Shown here in pieces: positions 48,486 through 58,095 of a DNA stretch of 64,000 bases. Origin of the DNA: a virus (lineage: Duplodnaviria > Caudoviricetes); the IMG/VR virus record IMGVR_UViG_2724679462_000002, positions 64,001 through 128,000 of that record, one strand, 5' to 3'. The first letter of the stretch is position 1; every line of letters starts with the position of its first letter. The position numbers were made by a program, and so were the translations under genes. The notes below the pieces were generated by a model. That model did not search any database. It saw only the letters and a program-made list of their open reading frames with translations, and had not been told where the DNA came from.

Positions 48486-49149
48486 TTTGACCCCTCTATC
48501 AGATAGAGTCGCTCGCTGCTGTAGTAACGAAGGTTGCTCAGGGAAAAGGAATGAACTGCTTGCAGCGACTTTCTCCTCTTTAAGGAGATACAGCGAAAGC
48601 GTTAGTGGCACTTATTATCAGCATACGGCAGGTGGACCAAATTTCCGCGCCCGTAAGTCTAACTATAGCAATCCGGAAGGAAAATGAAAGTCTAATATTG
48701 CCGTGAAGCGGCACGGACGGATCCGGTTTCGTTTCAACGAGGAAGCCAAAACACGCACGCTCAGGTCACCCAGGCGATCACGCTTATGAGAAGCTCTTTC
48801 ACTAGCGCGCTCGACGTCGAACTTACCTACCGATTTACTGACGAGCCTTCCTCGGTAGAAAAAATACCGCGCGGGCTCATGATTTGACTGGAAGTGATGC
48901 GCCAGTTCAACTCGTGTAATGACGTTCCTAATGCGCGAGCATGCGGGTGGTAAAAAGGGCATGACAGTGTCCGGTTAGCCTGCTGAGCGGCCTTGGCCGA
49001 TAGCGGGAACTCTGATGGGGATCGGAGGGGTGTCAACGGAGACGATTCGTAGCCGGTGGGTCTCGCGGCCGTCGCGCCTTTACTTCCTTGGAGGAAGCGA
49101 CGGCCGCACCAAGAGACACACCTGGGCTCGTCATCTTCGGCTTTGCTCT

Positions 49150-49183
49150 GGGAAGAGGCCTTCGGGTCTCTTCCCTTTTTTTT
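49150..49183 (+). terminator. Rho-independent terminator
   Basis: gggaagaggcc-ttcg-ggtctcttccc followed by T8. Confidence 0.8.
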
Positions 49184-49251
49184 GCCGTCTTCCCGGATCG
49201 AGCGTTTTTTATTGCGCGAATCAATCCTGTACGAGAAAGAAAGGAATTCCC

Positions 49252-51420
49252 ATGTCCACCTTCGACAATCCCTTTGTATTGCCGGCTTCGAAGTACGTCA
49301 GAGACATTGATGTCATGCGCCACTACGTCGATCAAAGCGTCGAGTACCTGTCGGCGATGACCGGCGCTCCCCGCGAACAGTGCTTGGCGTTCGTGAAGAA
49401 TAACCTGCGACCAGACGGCAAGTTCCCGTTCAAGGACCCGGCCGTGCTGTATCTGCGCCGCAACGAGCACGGCGACCGTGAACAGGTAGAAGGCACGCTC
49501 GGCGGCTACCTCTCTGAGTCGATCAAGGAACGTCAGCTCATTGCGCCCACGCTCACAACCTACTACCACCCGGCAGTCAAGAAGTCGCTGCTGGCGGGTT
49601 TCATTGACGCGAACGTCAAGCGCCGCGGCGTGGCAAAGAAAGCCATGTTCCAGGCACGCATGGACGGCAATTCCATCCTTGCGATTCTGAAAGACAACGA
49701 GCAGACGAACATGAAGCTCTCGAACAACGCATGTTCGGGCGCCCACGTCAGCGCATCTACCCCGCTCTTCAACAAGACCGCACACTCGACCCTGACCTCC
49801 AACTGCAGGTCGACCGCGGGCTATGGTTCAGCGAACAACGAAAAGTTTCTGAACGGCAACCGGCACTACTGGTCGCCGGACATCGTCAAGAACAACATCG
49901 TCTCGATTGTCACCAACACGGACTACGACTCGATCCTGCTCGCAATGAACGAGTTCGGGATTCGTCACCCGAGCGTCGAAGAGACGATGGAGTGCATTCG
50001 CTACTCGACGCAGCTGTATTTCCGCGACGAAGCAGCACACCGTCTGATTGAGCAGTACGTCAGCAAGCTCACGGACATCCAGCGCAGCGCGTTCGTCTAC
50101 ACCGGCGATCTGTACCACCTGATGAAGTTCAACCGGGAGATCGTCTACAAGTTCGTGCACGAGCTGTCGTCCCGTATCGGTGAGGCCCATCCTGATCCGG
50201 ACAGCATCATCAAGAACGCGCACGAAGATCACATCGCCCTCGCCTCGCAACTGTGTCCGAGAGAGATGAAAGGCAAGAAGGTGAAGGACGTGGCGGGGAC
50301 GGACGCGTATGGAATTCTGGCGTCAACCGTGGCACACATCGGCCAGGTGATCACGGAGTACAAGAACCTGATCAAGGCGTTCTGGGTGACGAAGAACGTT
50401 CCGGCTTCCCTCGCCCACTTCCCGGAAAGCATCCGTCGTTCGGCGCTGATGGGTGACACGGACTCGACCATCTTCACGGTGCAGGACTGGGTCCTCTGGT
50501 ACAACGACGGTCGCCTTGGCTATGACGATCGGTCGTCCGGCGTGGCAGCTACGATGATCTTCCTGGCGGCGCAGACCATCACGCACGTGCTCGCGCGTAT
50601 GTCCGCCAACTTCGGCATCGAAGAAAGCCGGATCTTCCAGGTGGCGATGAAGAACGAATACAAGTTCGACGTGTTCGTTCCGACGCAGGTGGCGAAACAC
50701 TACTACGCCTCGATCGGCTGTCAGGAAGGCAACCTGTATAAAGCGCAAGAGCCCGAGATCAAGGGTGTGCACCTGAAGTCGTCGGATGCCCCGCCTGCCG
50801 TGATGGCAAAGGCGAAAGCCATGATGATTCGGATCATGGACACCGTAATGGCCGAAAAAGGCGTGTCGCTCAAGGAAGTCATGGGCGAGATTGCCGCCCT
50901 GGAACATGACATCCGGACGTCGATTCTGGAGCGCTCGAGCTACGAGTACTTTCGCATGGGTCAGATCAAACCGGCTGCGTCCTACACGCTTGGACCAGAG
51001 CAAAGCAATTTCGCGCACTACACCTTCTGGAACCATACATTCGGCCACAAGTACGGCGAAGTGCAGGAACCACCCTACAACTCGGTCAAGATATCTGTCG
51101 ATCTGAAGTCGCCCGTGAAGATCAAGGCGTGGCTCGACAAGATGGACGATCGAGATCTCGCTTCGAGGTTGCAAAGCTGGTTTCTCAAGACCGGGAAGAA
51201 GGCGATCAGTACGTTCCACGTACCGGAACAGATCATCCAGTCCAAGGGCATTCCAAAGGAGATCAAGAGCGAGATCGCGATTCGGAAACTCATCACGGAT
51301 ACCGTCGCAGTGTTCTATCTACTCTTGGAGAGCCTTGGCGTCTATATGCAGAACAAGCAGATGACGCGCTTGGTCAGTGACCACATGGCTGCTCCAGTGA
51401 AAGATCTGGAAGCAGCATAG
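49252..51420 (+). CDS. B-family DNA polymerase, polymerase-domain subunit (phiKZ gp50-like)
   Basis: 722 aa from MSTFDNPF, AAGGA RBS; motif B KLSNNACSG, motif C GDTDS, KHYYA, EIKGVHLK. Confidence 0.88.
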   Translation: MSTFDNPFVLPASKYVRDIDVMRHYVDQSVEYLSAMTGAPREQCLAFVKNNLRPDGKFPFKDPAVLYLRRNEHGDREQVEGTLGGYLSESIKERQLIAPTLTTYYHPAVKKSLLAGFIDANVKRRGVAKKAMFQARMDGNSILAILKDNEQTNMKLSNNACSGAHVSASTPLFNKTAHSTLTSNCRSTAGYGSANNEKFLNGNRHYWSPDIVKNNIVSIVTNTDYDSILLAMNEFGIRHPSVEETMECIRYSTQLYFRDEAAHRLIEQYVSKLTDIQRSAFVYTGDLYHLMKFNREIVYKFVHELSSRIGEAHPDPDSIIKNAHEDHIALASQLCPREMKGKKVKDVAGTDAYGILASTVAHIGQVITEYKNLIKAFWVTKNVPASLAHFPESIRRSALMGDTDSTIFTVQDWVLWYNDGRLGYDDRSSGVAATMIFLAAQTITHVLARMSANFGIEESRIFQVAMKNEYKFDVFVPTQVAKHYYASIGCQEGNLYKAQEPEIKGVHLKSSDAPPAVMAKAKAMMIRIMDTVMAEKGVSLKEVMGEIAALEHDIRTSILERSSYEYFRMGQIKPAASYTLGPEQSNFAHYTFWNHTFGHKYGEVQEPPYNSVKISVDLKSPVKIKAWLDKMDDRDLASRLQSWFLKTGKKAISTFHVPEQIIQSKGIPKEIKSEIAIRKLITDTVAVFYLLLESLGVYMQNKQMTRLVSDHMAAPVKDLEAA

Positions 51421-51486
51421 CGCCGAGTATCGACCAACAACATTGCCCGCCCTTGCGCGGGCATTCTTATTTGCTCGAGGTTAGAG

Positions 51487-51672
51487 ATGCCGACATGGCT
51501 CTGGGGTGTCTTGATTTGGTTTGCGCTGCTGGCGCTATTCGTGGCGCGTTGGGACTGGAGTCGTGCGTCGAATCCGGCCGATGCGACGAGCGAGCCGGAT
51601 TCCCGAATCGACGAATCGGATATGAATGGGCTGCTCGCCAAGGCGACCGTCGCGGCAACTGGCATCGAATAG
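51487..51672 (+). CDS. Small single-TM membrane protein (61 aa)
   Basis: GAGGT RBS; Trp-rich hydrophobic N-terminus, acidic tail. Confidence 0.65.
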   Translation: MPTWLWGVLIWFALLALFVARWDWSRASNPADATSEPDSRIDESDMNGLLAKATVAATGIE

Positions 51673-51680
51673 GAGCAGTC

Positions 51681-51811
51681 GTGAGGTGGTTCGGATTTTC
51701 CGACTGGCAGATGAAATGCATACGCTGCCCCAAGATCACGCCGAAGACTCAGCCCTTGTGGTGCGCTGTCAGCAGAAGGAGCAAATGCGCCTCGCGCGCG
51801 GCCGCAAGTAG
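51681..51811 (+). pseudogene. Possible frameshifted C4 zinc-finger micro-gene
   Basis: AGGAG RBS + GTG. Restoring one base at ~51760 gives ...KCIRC-x10-CVRCQQKEQMRLARGRK*. Confidence 0.35.
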
Positions 51812-51860
51812 ACGTCATAAAGCGTGCCCCGAAGGACAGGCCCTAAGGAGCATTTAAACA

Positions 51861-52052
51861 ATGAAACGCCAGAGTGCAATCATGACCCATGCGATCGAAA
51901 CTGATATGGCACACCTCGTCGAGTTCATGGGCAACCATCCGCTGGAAACGAAGGCCGTGCGTACCGAAGCGTGGCAGCAACTCCTCGTCTATGTGCCACG
52001 CGAAGAATTCCAGGTCCATATGGACAAGATCAAAGAGAAGGAGTCTTCGTGA
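51861..52052 (+). CDS. Hypothetical protein (63 aa)
   Basis: TAAGGAG RBS; stop overlaps the next start. Confidence 0.65.
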   Translation: MKRQSAIMTHAIETDMAHLVEFMGNHPLETKAVRTEAWQQLLVYVPREEFQVHMDKIKEKESS

Positions 52053-52456
52053 GCACGATCAAAACAGCGTACACGATGCGTGACCACGCGCCCTGGGAAG
52101 ATCGACCGTTCGACACGGACGTACTGCCGGGAGGCTGGGCGGAAACTATCATTGCCCTCATCGAACGTGGACCGGTTGGCGATGGCGACATTCCAAGCAA
52201 GGTCGCTCGCGATGAGCTGATGTCGCGCGGCTTCGCTGCGAGGGTGATCGTGAACCAGAAGGAAGCAGGGAACGTCGCCACGTACGCTGGCCGCGAACTC
52301 TACAAGCAGTTGGTTGACGCACCCTCACTCGCGGAGGCGATTGCAAAGCGGCAGGCGAATTTGAACTTCCTCAACGATCTGTGGAAGTCGCAGCAACCGC
52401 CGGAATGCGGGTCCTGTGGCTACACCGCAGAGCCGGATTGTTCGACGTGTTCTTGA
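52049..52456 (+). CDS. Hypothetical protein (135 aa), winged-helix-like DGDIPSKVARDEL motif
   Basis: GTGA overlap, AAGGAG RBS; 3' end overlaps the convergent gene. Confidence 0.65.
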   Translation: MSTIKTAYTMRDHAPWEDRPFDTDVLPGGWAETIIALIERGPVGDGDIPSKVARDELMSRGFAARVIVNQKEAGNVATYAGRELYKQLVDAPSLAEAIAKRQANLNFLNDLWKSQQPPECGSCGYTAEPDCSTCS

Positions 52457-53583
52457 GATCTTGAAGGTGGGATACTGGGAAGTTGAGCGCGAGGGCTTGC
52501 CTTGCGTTCGATTTCCCGTATCTCCTCTATGACGTCTTGTTGCACCAGCGGATCCATTACGCCTTCGAACAGACGCTCCTGCGACCAGCCTAGGAACGTC
52601 CTGTTGATTAGGTTGAGGTCTGCCTGATTCCGCGTCTCTGGCGTGTCCTTTGCCATCGTCAGCACAAAGTCCAGCGCGGGAAGCCGAGAGATTGCAAGAC
52701 CCCACATCCCCTGCCGAGTCGGCGCCATGTCAGGCACATGCATCGCCTGCTCCATGTTTTCCTTGACGACCGCCGGCACGCTCTGCAGCACGCCCACGAA
52801 ATTCTTGCCCGTCTTGGTCAGATTCTCGAGAACGATGCCATAGCAGCTGTCGACCTTGCTCGTGTAGTCGATGAGCGCAAACGGATGGCGCTTGATCGAC
52901 TGCCCTACTTCTTCGCCCGATCGCAGTTTGAGAACGCGATTGAAGAGCGCCTGGTCTATGTGACTGAAGATCATATTCGGCAGCACGTACATGTGCACGA
53001 ACATCATCGTCGACTTTTCGCCATCCAGTCCGCCTGTGATGCGGTCCTGATCTCGCCGAAACGCGCGGTACTGAACCATCAGCATTGGGATGTTGATCGC
53101 AATGACGACGATCCCCGTCTCAGTGCCAGTGAGATGGCCATTGGGCAGGTTCAGGTAGAGGTCGCTTCTCGGGTGCCGAAGCACTCGCACCGGCGTAACG
53201 TTCCGCCAGTCCCGATCGGCTCGGTCGAAGTCAAACGGCTCGGTATGCGCAACGACAATCTCATCATGTCCTGGCCCGTAGAAGTCTCCGTCGAACAGCC
53301 TTCCTGGATTGATGGACGAAGTCATTTTTAACGCCGTCGCGCGATTTAATGAAACGGCATCGACGTTCGCGTAGTAGCGCTCGAGGTTGTGCGACAGCGG
53401 CACGTTCACCGTTTGGATGAGCTTCACGAGGATGTGATTGCCCTTCACGGCCATCGGAGCGTTCCGGTAATAGCTAATCACCTGCGCAATGTTGCGGGTG
53501 AGCCCCTCCCGAACATACGGCCATAAGGGGGGTACTTGGATGCCTTGGAGCGCCCGAGGCACCAGATTGAAAAGCGTGTGCAT
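52420..53583 (-). CDS. Conserved phiKZ-like protein (gp52-like position)
   Basis: 387 aa; minus-strand gene between DNA polymerase and chimallin; INIPMLMVQYR and FVHMYVLPN blocks. Confidence 0.7.
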   Translation of the reverse strand: MHTLFNLVPRALQGIQVPPLWPYVREGLTRNIAQVISYYRNAPMAVKGNHILVKLIQTVNVPLSHNLERYYANVDAVSLNRATALKMTSSINPGRLFDGDFYGPGHDEIVVAHTEPFDFDRADRDWRNVTPVRVLRHPRSDLYLNLPNGHLTGTETGIVVIAINIPMLMVQYRAFRRDQDRITGGLDGEKSTMMFVHMYVLPNMIFSHIDQALFNRVLKLRSGEEVGQSIKRHPFALIDYTSKVDSCYGIVLENLTKTGKNFVGVLQSVPAVVKENMEQAMHVPDMAPTRQGMWGLAISRLPALDFVLTMAKDTPETRNQADLNLINRTFLGWSQERLFEGVMDPLVQQDVIEEIREIERKASPRAQLPSIPPSRSQEHVEQSGSAV

Positions 53584-53632
53584 AGCGCCGCATCCAGTTG
53601 GAGATTTGAAGGTTCATAAAATTGAGACCGCC

Positions 53633-53791
53633 ATGTTCGAGTCAGAAGAGATGAAAGAGCTTCGTCGGAAGCAGCACGAGGACGACACACCGGAACACGA
53701 AGCTGGCCCCGAAGAACCCGTGATAACGGGATCGCGTTACAAGCGCGGCCGTCGCTGGTGGGAACGGTCGAAGTGGGAGCGCAAACGGTGA
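53633..53791 (+). CDS. Small charged hypothetical protein (52 aa)
   Basis: ATG start; stop overlaps the next GTG. Confidence 0.45.
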   Translation: MFESEEMKELRRKQHEDDTPEHEAGPEEPVITGSRYKRGRRWWERSKWERKR

Positions 53792-54261
53792 AGACACTCG
53801 ACTCGACGATCTTGCAGGTTCTCGCCTACGGCAGGCTGAAGCCGGGTTGGAACACGTCCGAAAGTCTTCCACCGACACCGCACGCCGTGCTGCTTGCGTG
53901 CGAATTCCTGCGCACGATTCCCGAGGGCTTACCACTGCCGGGAACGATGCTGCATGACAACGGTGACCTCGGCTTCTATTGGTACGCAAACCAGCGCTGC
54001 TATGTTGACCTGGAGATTGACTCGCAGAACGATCAGTTCTCTTTCTTCGCGGTAAAGAAGGCCGAAGGCGAAGAGCCACGCGAAGAGACCTACCTTCCGG
54101 TGCGCACGATCGCACACTTCACGATCCCCTTCTACATCGACCACTACAGCGCAATACGAGACGAATATGCGACGCACGCAGCAACGGTCCAGCCTAGCAG
54201 CGCTGACGCTGCTAACGGCGGCAGCAAATGCCAACGGAACGACGCTTTACCGGTCGGATGA
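53788..54261 (+). CDS. Hypothetical protein (LKPGWN...P motif)
   Basis: GTGA overlap, GGGAG RBS. Confidence 0.6.
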   Translation: MKTLDSTILQVLAYGRLKPGWNTSESLPPTPHAVLLACEFLRTIPEGLPLPGTMLHDNGDLGFYWYANQRCYVDLEIDSQNDQFSFFAVKKAEGEEPREETYLPVRTIAHFTIPFYIDHYSAIRDEYATHAATVQPSSADAANGGSKCQRNDALPVG

Positions 54262-54380
54262 CACGTACACCGACATGAACGGCAGGGACGGCTCCGGCCA
54301 GTTGCTCCCCCCCCCCCACCGACGTATACCAATCGCGCCGAACGGCGCGGGCAGGGTGGAGTGTCTAACAGGCGAGGGAC

Positions 54381-54926
54381 ATGGTGGAACCGAAAATGAT
54401 CATCGTCACGTCACCGCACCAACACGAGTTCCTCGATAGATGGTTGCGTGGCTTCATCGAATCGCCACGATTCGCATGGGTGTCAATGGAAGTCGGCTTC
54501 GACGAGATGCAGCGTCGGAGGCGTGACAGCATGCCCCCGGCGCTAACTGGCAGCACTGGTGAGACCGTCTTCAGCTTCAATTCCTCGGCCGTACAAATAA
54601 CTGGGCGGGCCACGTTCAACGACGCGCTTCGGAATCTCTGTGCTCGCAAGAAAATACTAATTAATAAGGACGGGCACTGTCTCGTTTCTCGGTTACTCAT
54701 CGATTCCGAAAAACCGGAAGCTAAAGCGGCTCTATTTCTGGAATTGCCGAAACCGTGCGACCGTTATTCCTACCCGCTTTACTTGGCAGAGCTCAGACGC
54801 GACATTCGATGGGGCATCTTTGGCGACATGTCGGAGCATCAGTGGGAAGTGGCGCTCGCCAGGGAGGAGATCGTCATCTCGTCGAGCGGGGCGTTCGTAA
54901 CAGTAAACGCGACTTTTCGCAGGTAA
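54381..54926 (+). CDS. Hypothetical protein (181 aa)
   Basis: GAGGG RBS; last ORF before the long intergenic region. Confidence 0.6.
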   Translation: MVEPKMIIVTSPHQHEFLDRWLRGFIESPRFAWVSMEVGFDEMQRRRRDSMPPALTGSTGETVFSFNSSAVQITGRATFNDALRNLCARKKILINKDGHCLVSRLLIDSEKPEAKAALFLELPKPCDRYSYPLYLAELRRDIRWGIFGDMSEHQWEVALAREEIVISSSGAFVTVNATFRR

Positions 54927-55722
54927 GTCCTACCTGAATCTGTAACTTTTCTGACTCCCGCGAAATTCGAGTCAAAACTTGTTCGGCGTCGGACCGACCG
55001 GTGACGACTTAGGGTTTTGTAAGAAATCGCGCGCCCGAGCGAAGAGAATTTGCACGTTGACCGTGCGTCCACGGCAGCGCAAAACATAGACACGTTCCAC
55101 CCATGTCAATAGGTTTTTCCGAACGTACGTGCTTTACAACACGGAACACGCGAAAAAAATACCTACTGAAAGGATTTCCGCCTGGACGCTCAGCATTTAA
55201 GCGTCTGCAGAACTAGATAAGGGCCACATCGGAAAGCTACCTTACAACTAGATTCTTTAGAGTCAAATTTTGCAAGAAATTATTTTGATTTGATGACACA
55301 GGTTTACCGACGAAAGGAGTAAAGTGCGCGCCTCTTCACCGGATATCACGTTAACCCTTAGGTAAGTTTGACCGACCGTCGGACGTCTTCAAGTTCCGAC
55401 GCAGCCAACAAAACCCGCTCTTCCGCACGACCAGAACGACTACTCGCTCGACCTCTACGCACCGCCCGAAATAACTTCAAACATAACCAGCCCATACAAG
55501 CGCTCTGTTATCGCAATCGCAATCGACATTAACTTAGTAAAAAATTACGCCGCTCGGTATATGTTGTAGGAGAAGATCTAACCATCTGACCCATCGACCA
55601 CAGTCGCAAGACTCGGTCGACCGGCAACCCCGTAATCCCCGTTGATAGTTTCTCTCCTCATTGAGGAGTGCTTAGACACGTCCGTATCAAAGCCTTTCGG
55701 CGACGCTGATTCTAAATAGTTT

Positions 55723-55737
55723 CAGGCACATATCACC
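55723..55737 (+). promoter_or_regulatory. Putative early promoter CAGGCACATATCACC upstream of chimallin
   Basis: ATATCAC core, AT-rich upstream, ~75 nt before the ATG. Confidence 0.6.
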
Positions 55738-55811
55738 ACCCTGACACTAGACAGAAAAGATTAGTGTTCGCGCGATCATTAACCTGATTTAGAGAAGAAA
55801 AGGAAACAACC

Positions 55812-57779
55812 ATGGCAGTCAACCACACTGGCAACAAGCAAGGCGCAGCAGCAGAAACCTCGATGGCCGCAGCATTCAGCCGCCAGCAAGACCAACCTGC
55901 GCAACAGCCGCAGCAGCAAGCCGCTGCGAGCGCCGCACAGCGGCCGATTCAGCGCACCCGTCTGTCGGATATCGGCAGCCTCTCGCGCGCGGCAATGGGC
56001 CGCAACCCGCAGAGCGAAGTCATCACGAAGCTCAGCAAGGCGCTCGAAGTAGCGTTCGCTGGCATCGACAAGAGCTACGAAGTCACGCTCATCCCGATCG
56101 ACTACAACAACACGAAGTCGCTGGTCAAGTCGGTCATCGTCGTCGCCATGCGCGATCTGGTGAACAAGGAAACGGGCGTGGCGTGCCACACCCTCATCCT
56201 GGAAGGCTCGAGCGAGCCGCTGCAGGTCGGCTACCAGATGATCAACAACCAGAACGTCGAAATTCTGCGTGTGAGTGGCGACTACAACAACAAGACGCTG
56301 TCGGACGAAGTCCTGAGCGCCGTGGCGCGCACGTTCGCCGGCATGCCGATCTGGCCGGTGGATGCATGCGTGGTGCCGCGCGACTTCAACGTCGAAGACC
56401 CGACGCTGGTTCACGAGCTGGCAGCGAATGCTGCGACGGCTTGCCAGACCGAACTCGAAGTTCGTCAGCCGGGCGGCTTCCAAGACGTGGACCTCGGCAC
56501 CGTCGAGCATGAGAACTCGCTGACCGTTCAGCCGACGTTCGGCAACGGTCAGTCGCGTGACATGGTCGGCGCGCCGGTTCGCTCCGACATCGTCATCGAC
56601 TTCCGCGCAGGCGGCCAGGAAATCCCGGGTCAGCAAGGCGAGACGCAACGCGTGAAGCAAATCTCGCGCATCAGCGGCTACATGGACCTCTTGTGGGCGC
56701 CGACCGAGCAGCAGACGCAACGTTTCGATCCGTGGGTTCAGCAAACGGCTCAGGCGTCGTCGCCCGACGAGTTCAAGCGTTACCGCCCGCGTTTCGTGAT
56801 GACCGATCTCGAGTCGGTGCAGCTACTCACGATCCCGGCGCAACTCCTGGCGCTCGTGACGGCATTCACGCTGGCTGAGAACAACGCATGGGTCGAAGCA
56901 TTCCGTCCGGCTCCGATGAACAACAGCGCGGAAGTGGACTGGAAGGACATCGGTGCGATCGGCATCGAAGCCAACTTCGAGAAGAACCAGAATGGCTTCG
57001 GTTCGCGCGTGGACACGAAGTCGGACGCGTTCCAGCGTGTTCAAGGTCAGGCAGGCGATCACCTCCTGCGTCTGGTCGGTTCGGTCATCACGCCGAAGCT
57101 GCTCCTCTCGCTGGACGTGCCCGAGTGCGGTCCGCAGACCTGGTTCAACGGCATCTTCGCAGCAGCCGCTGAGCTGAACGGCAACAACTGGCAGAAGGCG
57201 AATGAAATCATCATCCGTGCAGCGAACGTGCTCACGCATGGCAACTTCAGCCGCTACTTCCAGGCCGGCGCGCGTGTGGCGTCCGACGAATTCAACCGCA
57301 TCCACCTGGGTTGGTACGTCGACCGTCATGGCGTGAAGCGCGATCTGCGCGATGTCGATTACCTGGCCGTGCTCAACATGGTCGGCGATCGCGATCCGGA
57401 AGTCGCACGCGAATGGTCGGACTCGTTCGCTCGCACCAACCTGGATCTGCAAGTCCGTCTGGCGAAGCGCAAGCAGATCATCGAAGGCGTCCTCGGCAAG
57501 AACAATGTCGAGTTCACCGGCTTCGCACGCCGCGTGACCTTCGAACCGGCGTTCATCGTCGCGCTGCTCAACGCGTGCAAGGACACGGGCCTCTCGGTTC
57601 GCACCATTGCACCGATGACCGATCTGAACCAGTACGAGCGCGCGGTCAACCCGTACGCGATGTCGGCTGGTCTGGACACGTCTTCGCTGAACGGTTCGGT
57701 GTTCAACCGCGGCTTTGGGCATCAGCAGCAACAGCAGCATGGCGCCCGCGCTGGCTTCAGCCGCTGGTCCCAGCAGTAA
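55812..57779 (+). CDS. chmA: Chimallin, major phage nuclear shell protein (phiKZ gp54 / 201phi2-1 gp105-like)
   Basis: 655 aa, AAGGA RBS, strong codon bias, disordered Q/A-rich N- and G/F/Q-rich C-termini. Sits directly upstream of the nvRNAP beta' gene in a PhuZ-encoding phage. Call rests mainly on synteny and size. Confidence 0.82.
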   Translation: MAVNHTGNKQGAAAETSMAAAFSRQQDQPAQQPQQQAAASAAQRPIQRTRLSDIGSLSRAAMGRNPQSEVITKLSKALEVAFAGIDKSYEVTLIPIDYNNTKSLVKSVIVVAMRDLVNKETGVACHTLILEGSSEPLQVGYQMINNQNVEILRVSGDYNNKTLSDEVLSAVARTFAGMPIWPVDACVVPRDFNVEDPTLVHELAANAATACQTELEVRQPGGFQDVDLGTVEHENSLTVQPTFGNGQSRDMVGAPVRSDIVIDFRAGGQEIPGQQGETQRVKQISRISGYMDLLWAPTEQQTQRFDPWVQQTAQASSPDEFKRYRPRFVMTDLESVQLLTIPAQLLALVTAFTLAENNAWVEAFRPAPMNNSAEVDWKDIGAIGIEANFEKNQNGFGSRVDTKSDAFQRVQGQAGDHLLRLVGSVITPKLLLSLDVPECGPQTWFNGIFAAAAELNGNNWQKANEIIIRAANVLTHGNFSRYFQAGARVASDEFNRIHLGWYVDRHGVKRDLRDVDYLAVLNMVGDRDPEVAREWSDSFARTNLDLQVRLAKRKQIIEGVLGKNNVEFTGFARRVTFEPAFIVALLNACKDTGLSVRTIAPMTDLNQYERAVNPYAMSAGLDTSSLNGSVFNRGFGHQQQQQHGARAGFSRWSQQ

Positions 57780-57821
57780 GCAGTAGCGTCTGCGCCTCGC
57801 TCACGCGGGGTGCAGTTGAGC

Positions 57822-57867
57822 GGAGGGGGCGAAAGCCCTCTCCCCTCCTTTTATGCCGTTTTTTTTT
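57822..57867 (+). terminator. Terminator after chimallin
   Basis: G-rich/C-rich hairpin with GAAA loop followed by ttttatgccg and T9. Confidence 0.75.
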
Positions 57868-57913
57868 GGTTCATGGACGCGGATCGACCACCGCGCGCAA
57901 TAAGAGAAAGAAG

Positions 57914-58036
57914 ATGAATGCTTGGTTGTTGTTTGGTGCAGCTTGGTTGGTGTTGGCAGTTTCGCTTGCGTGGCTTCTTCGCGGCACCTCCTCGAACATC
58001 GCGCTGCCCGAGGAGGAAAGGTCGGTGCAGACGTAA
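57914..58036 (+). CDS. Small single-TM membrane protein (40 aa)
   Basis: MNAWLLFGAAWLVLAVSLAWLLRG...; purine-rich upstream; similar layout to 51487..51672. Confidence 0.5.
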   Translation: MNAWLLFGAAWLVLAVSLAWLLRGTSSNIALPEEERSVQT

Positions 58037-58080
58037 GCACCGCGTGTGACGCCGGTTTCCTAGACGGTTGAAACGAAACT

Positions 58081-58095
58081 TGGCGATATATCACT
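58081..58095 (+). promoter_or_regulatory. Putative early promoter TGGCGATATATCACT upstream of the nvRNAP subunit
   Basis: Identical to 40762-40776. Confidence 0.7.

Noticed and set aside
49015-49251. N-terminal extension of DNA polymerase (801-aa call)
   Set aside because: It spans a terminator hairpin; the real start with an RBS is ATG 49252.
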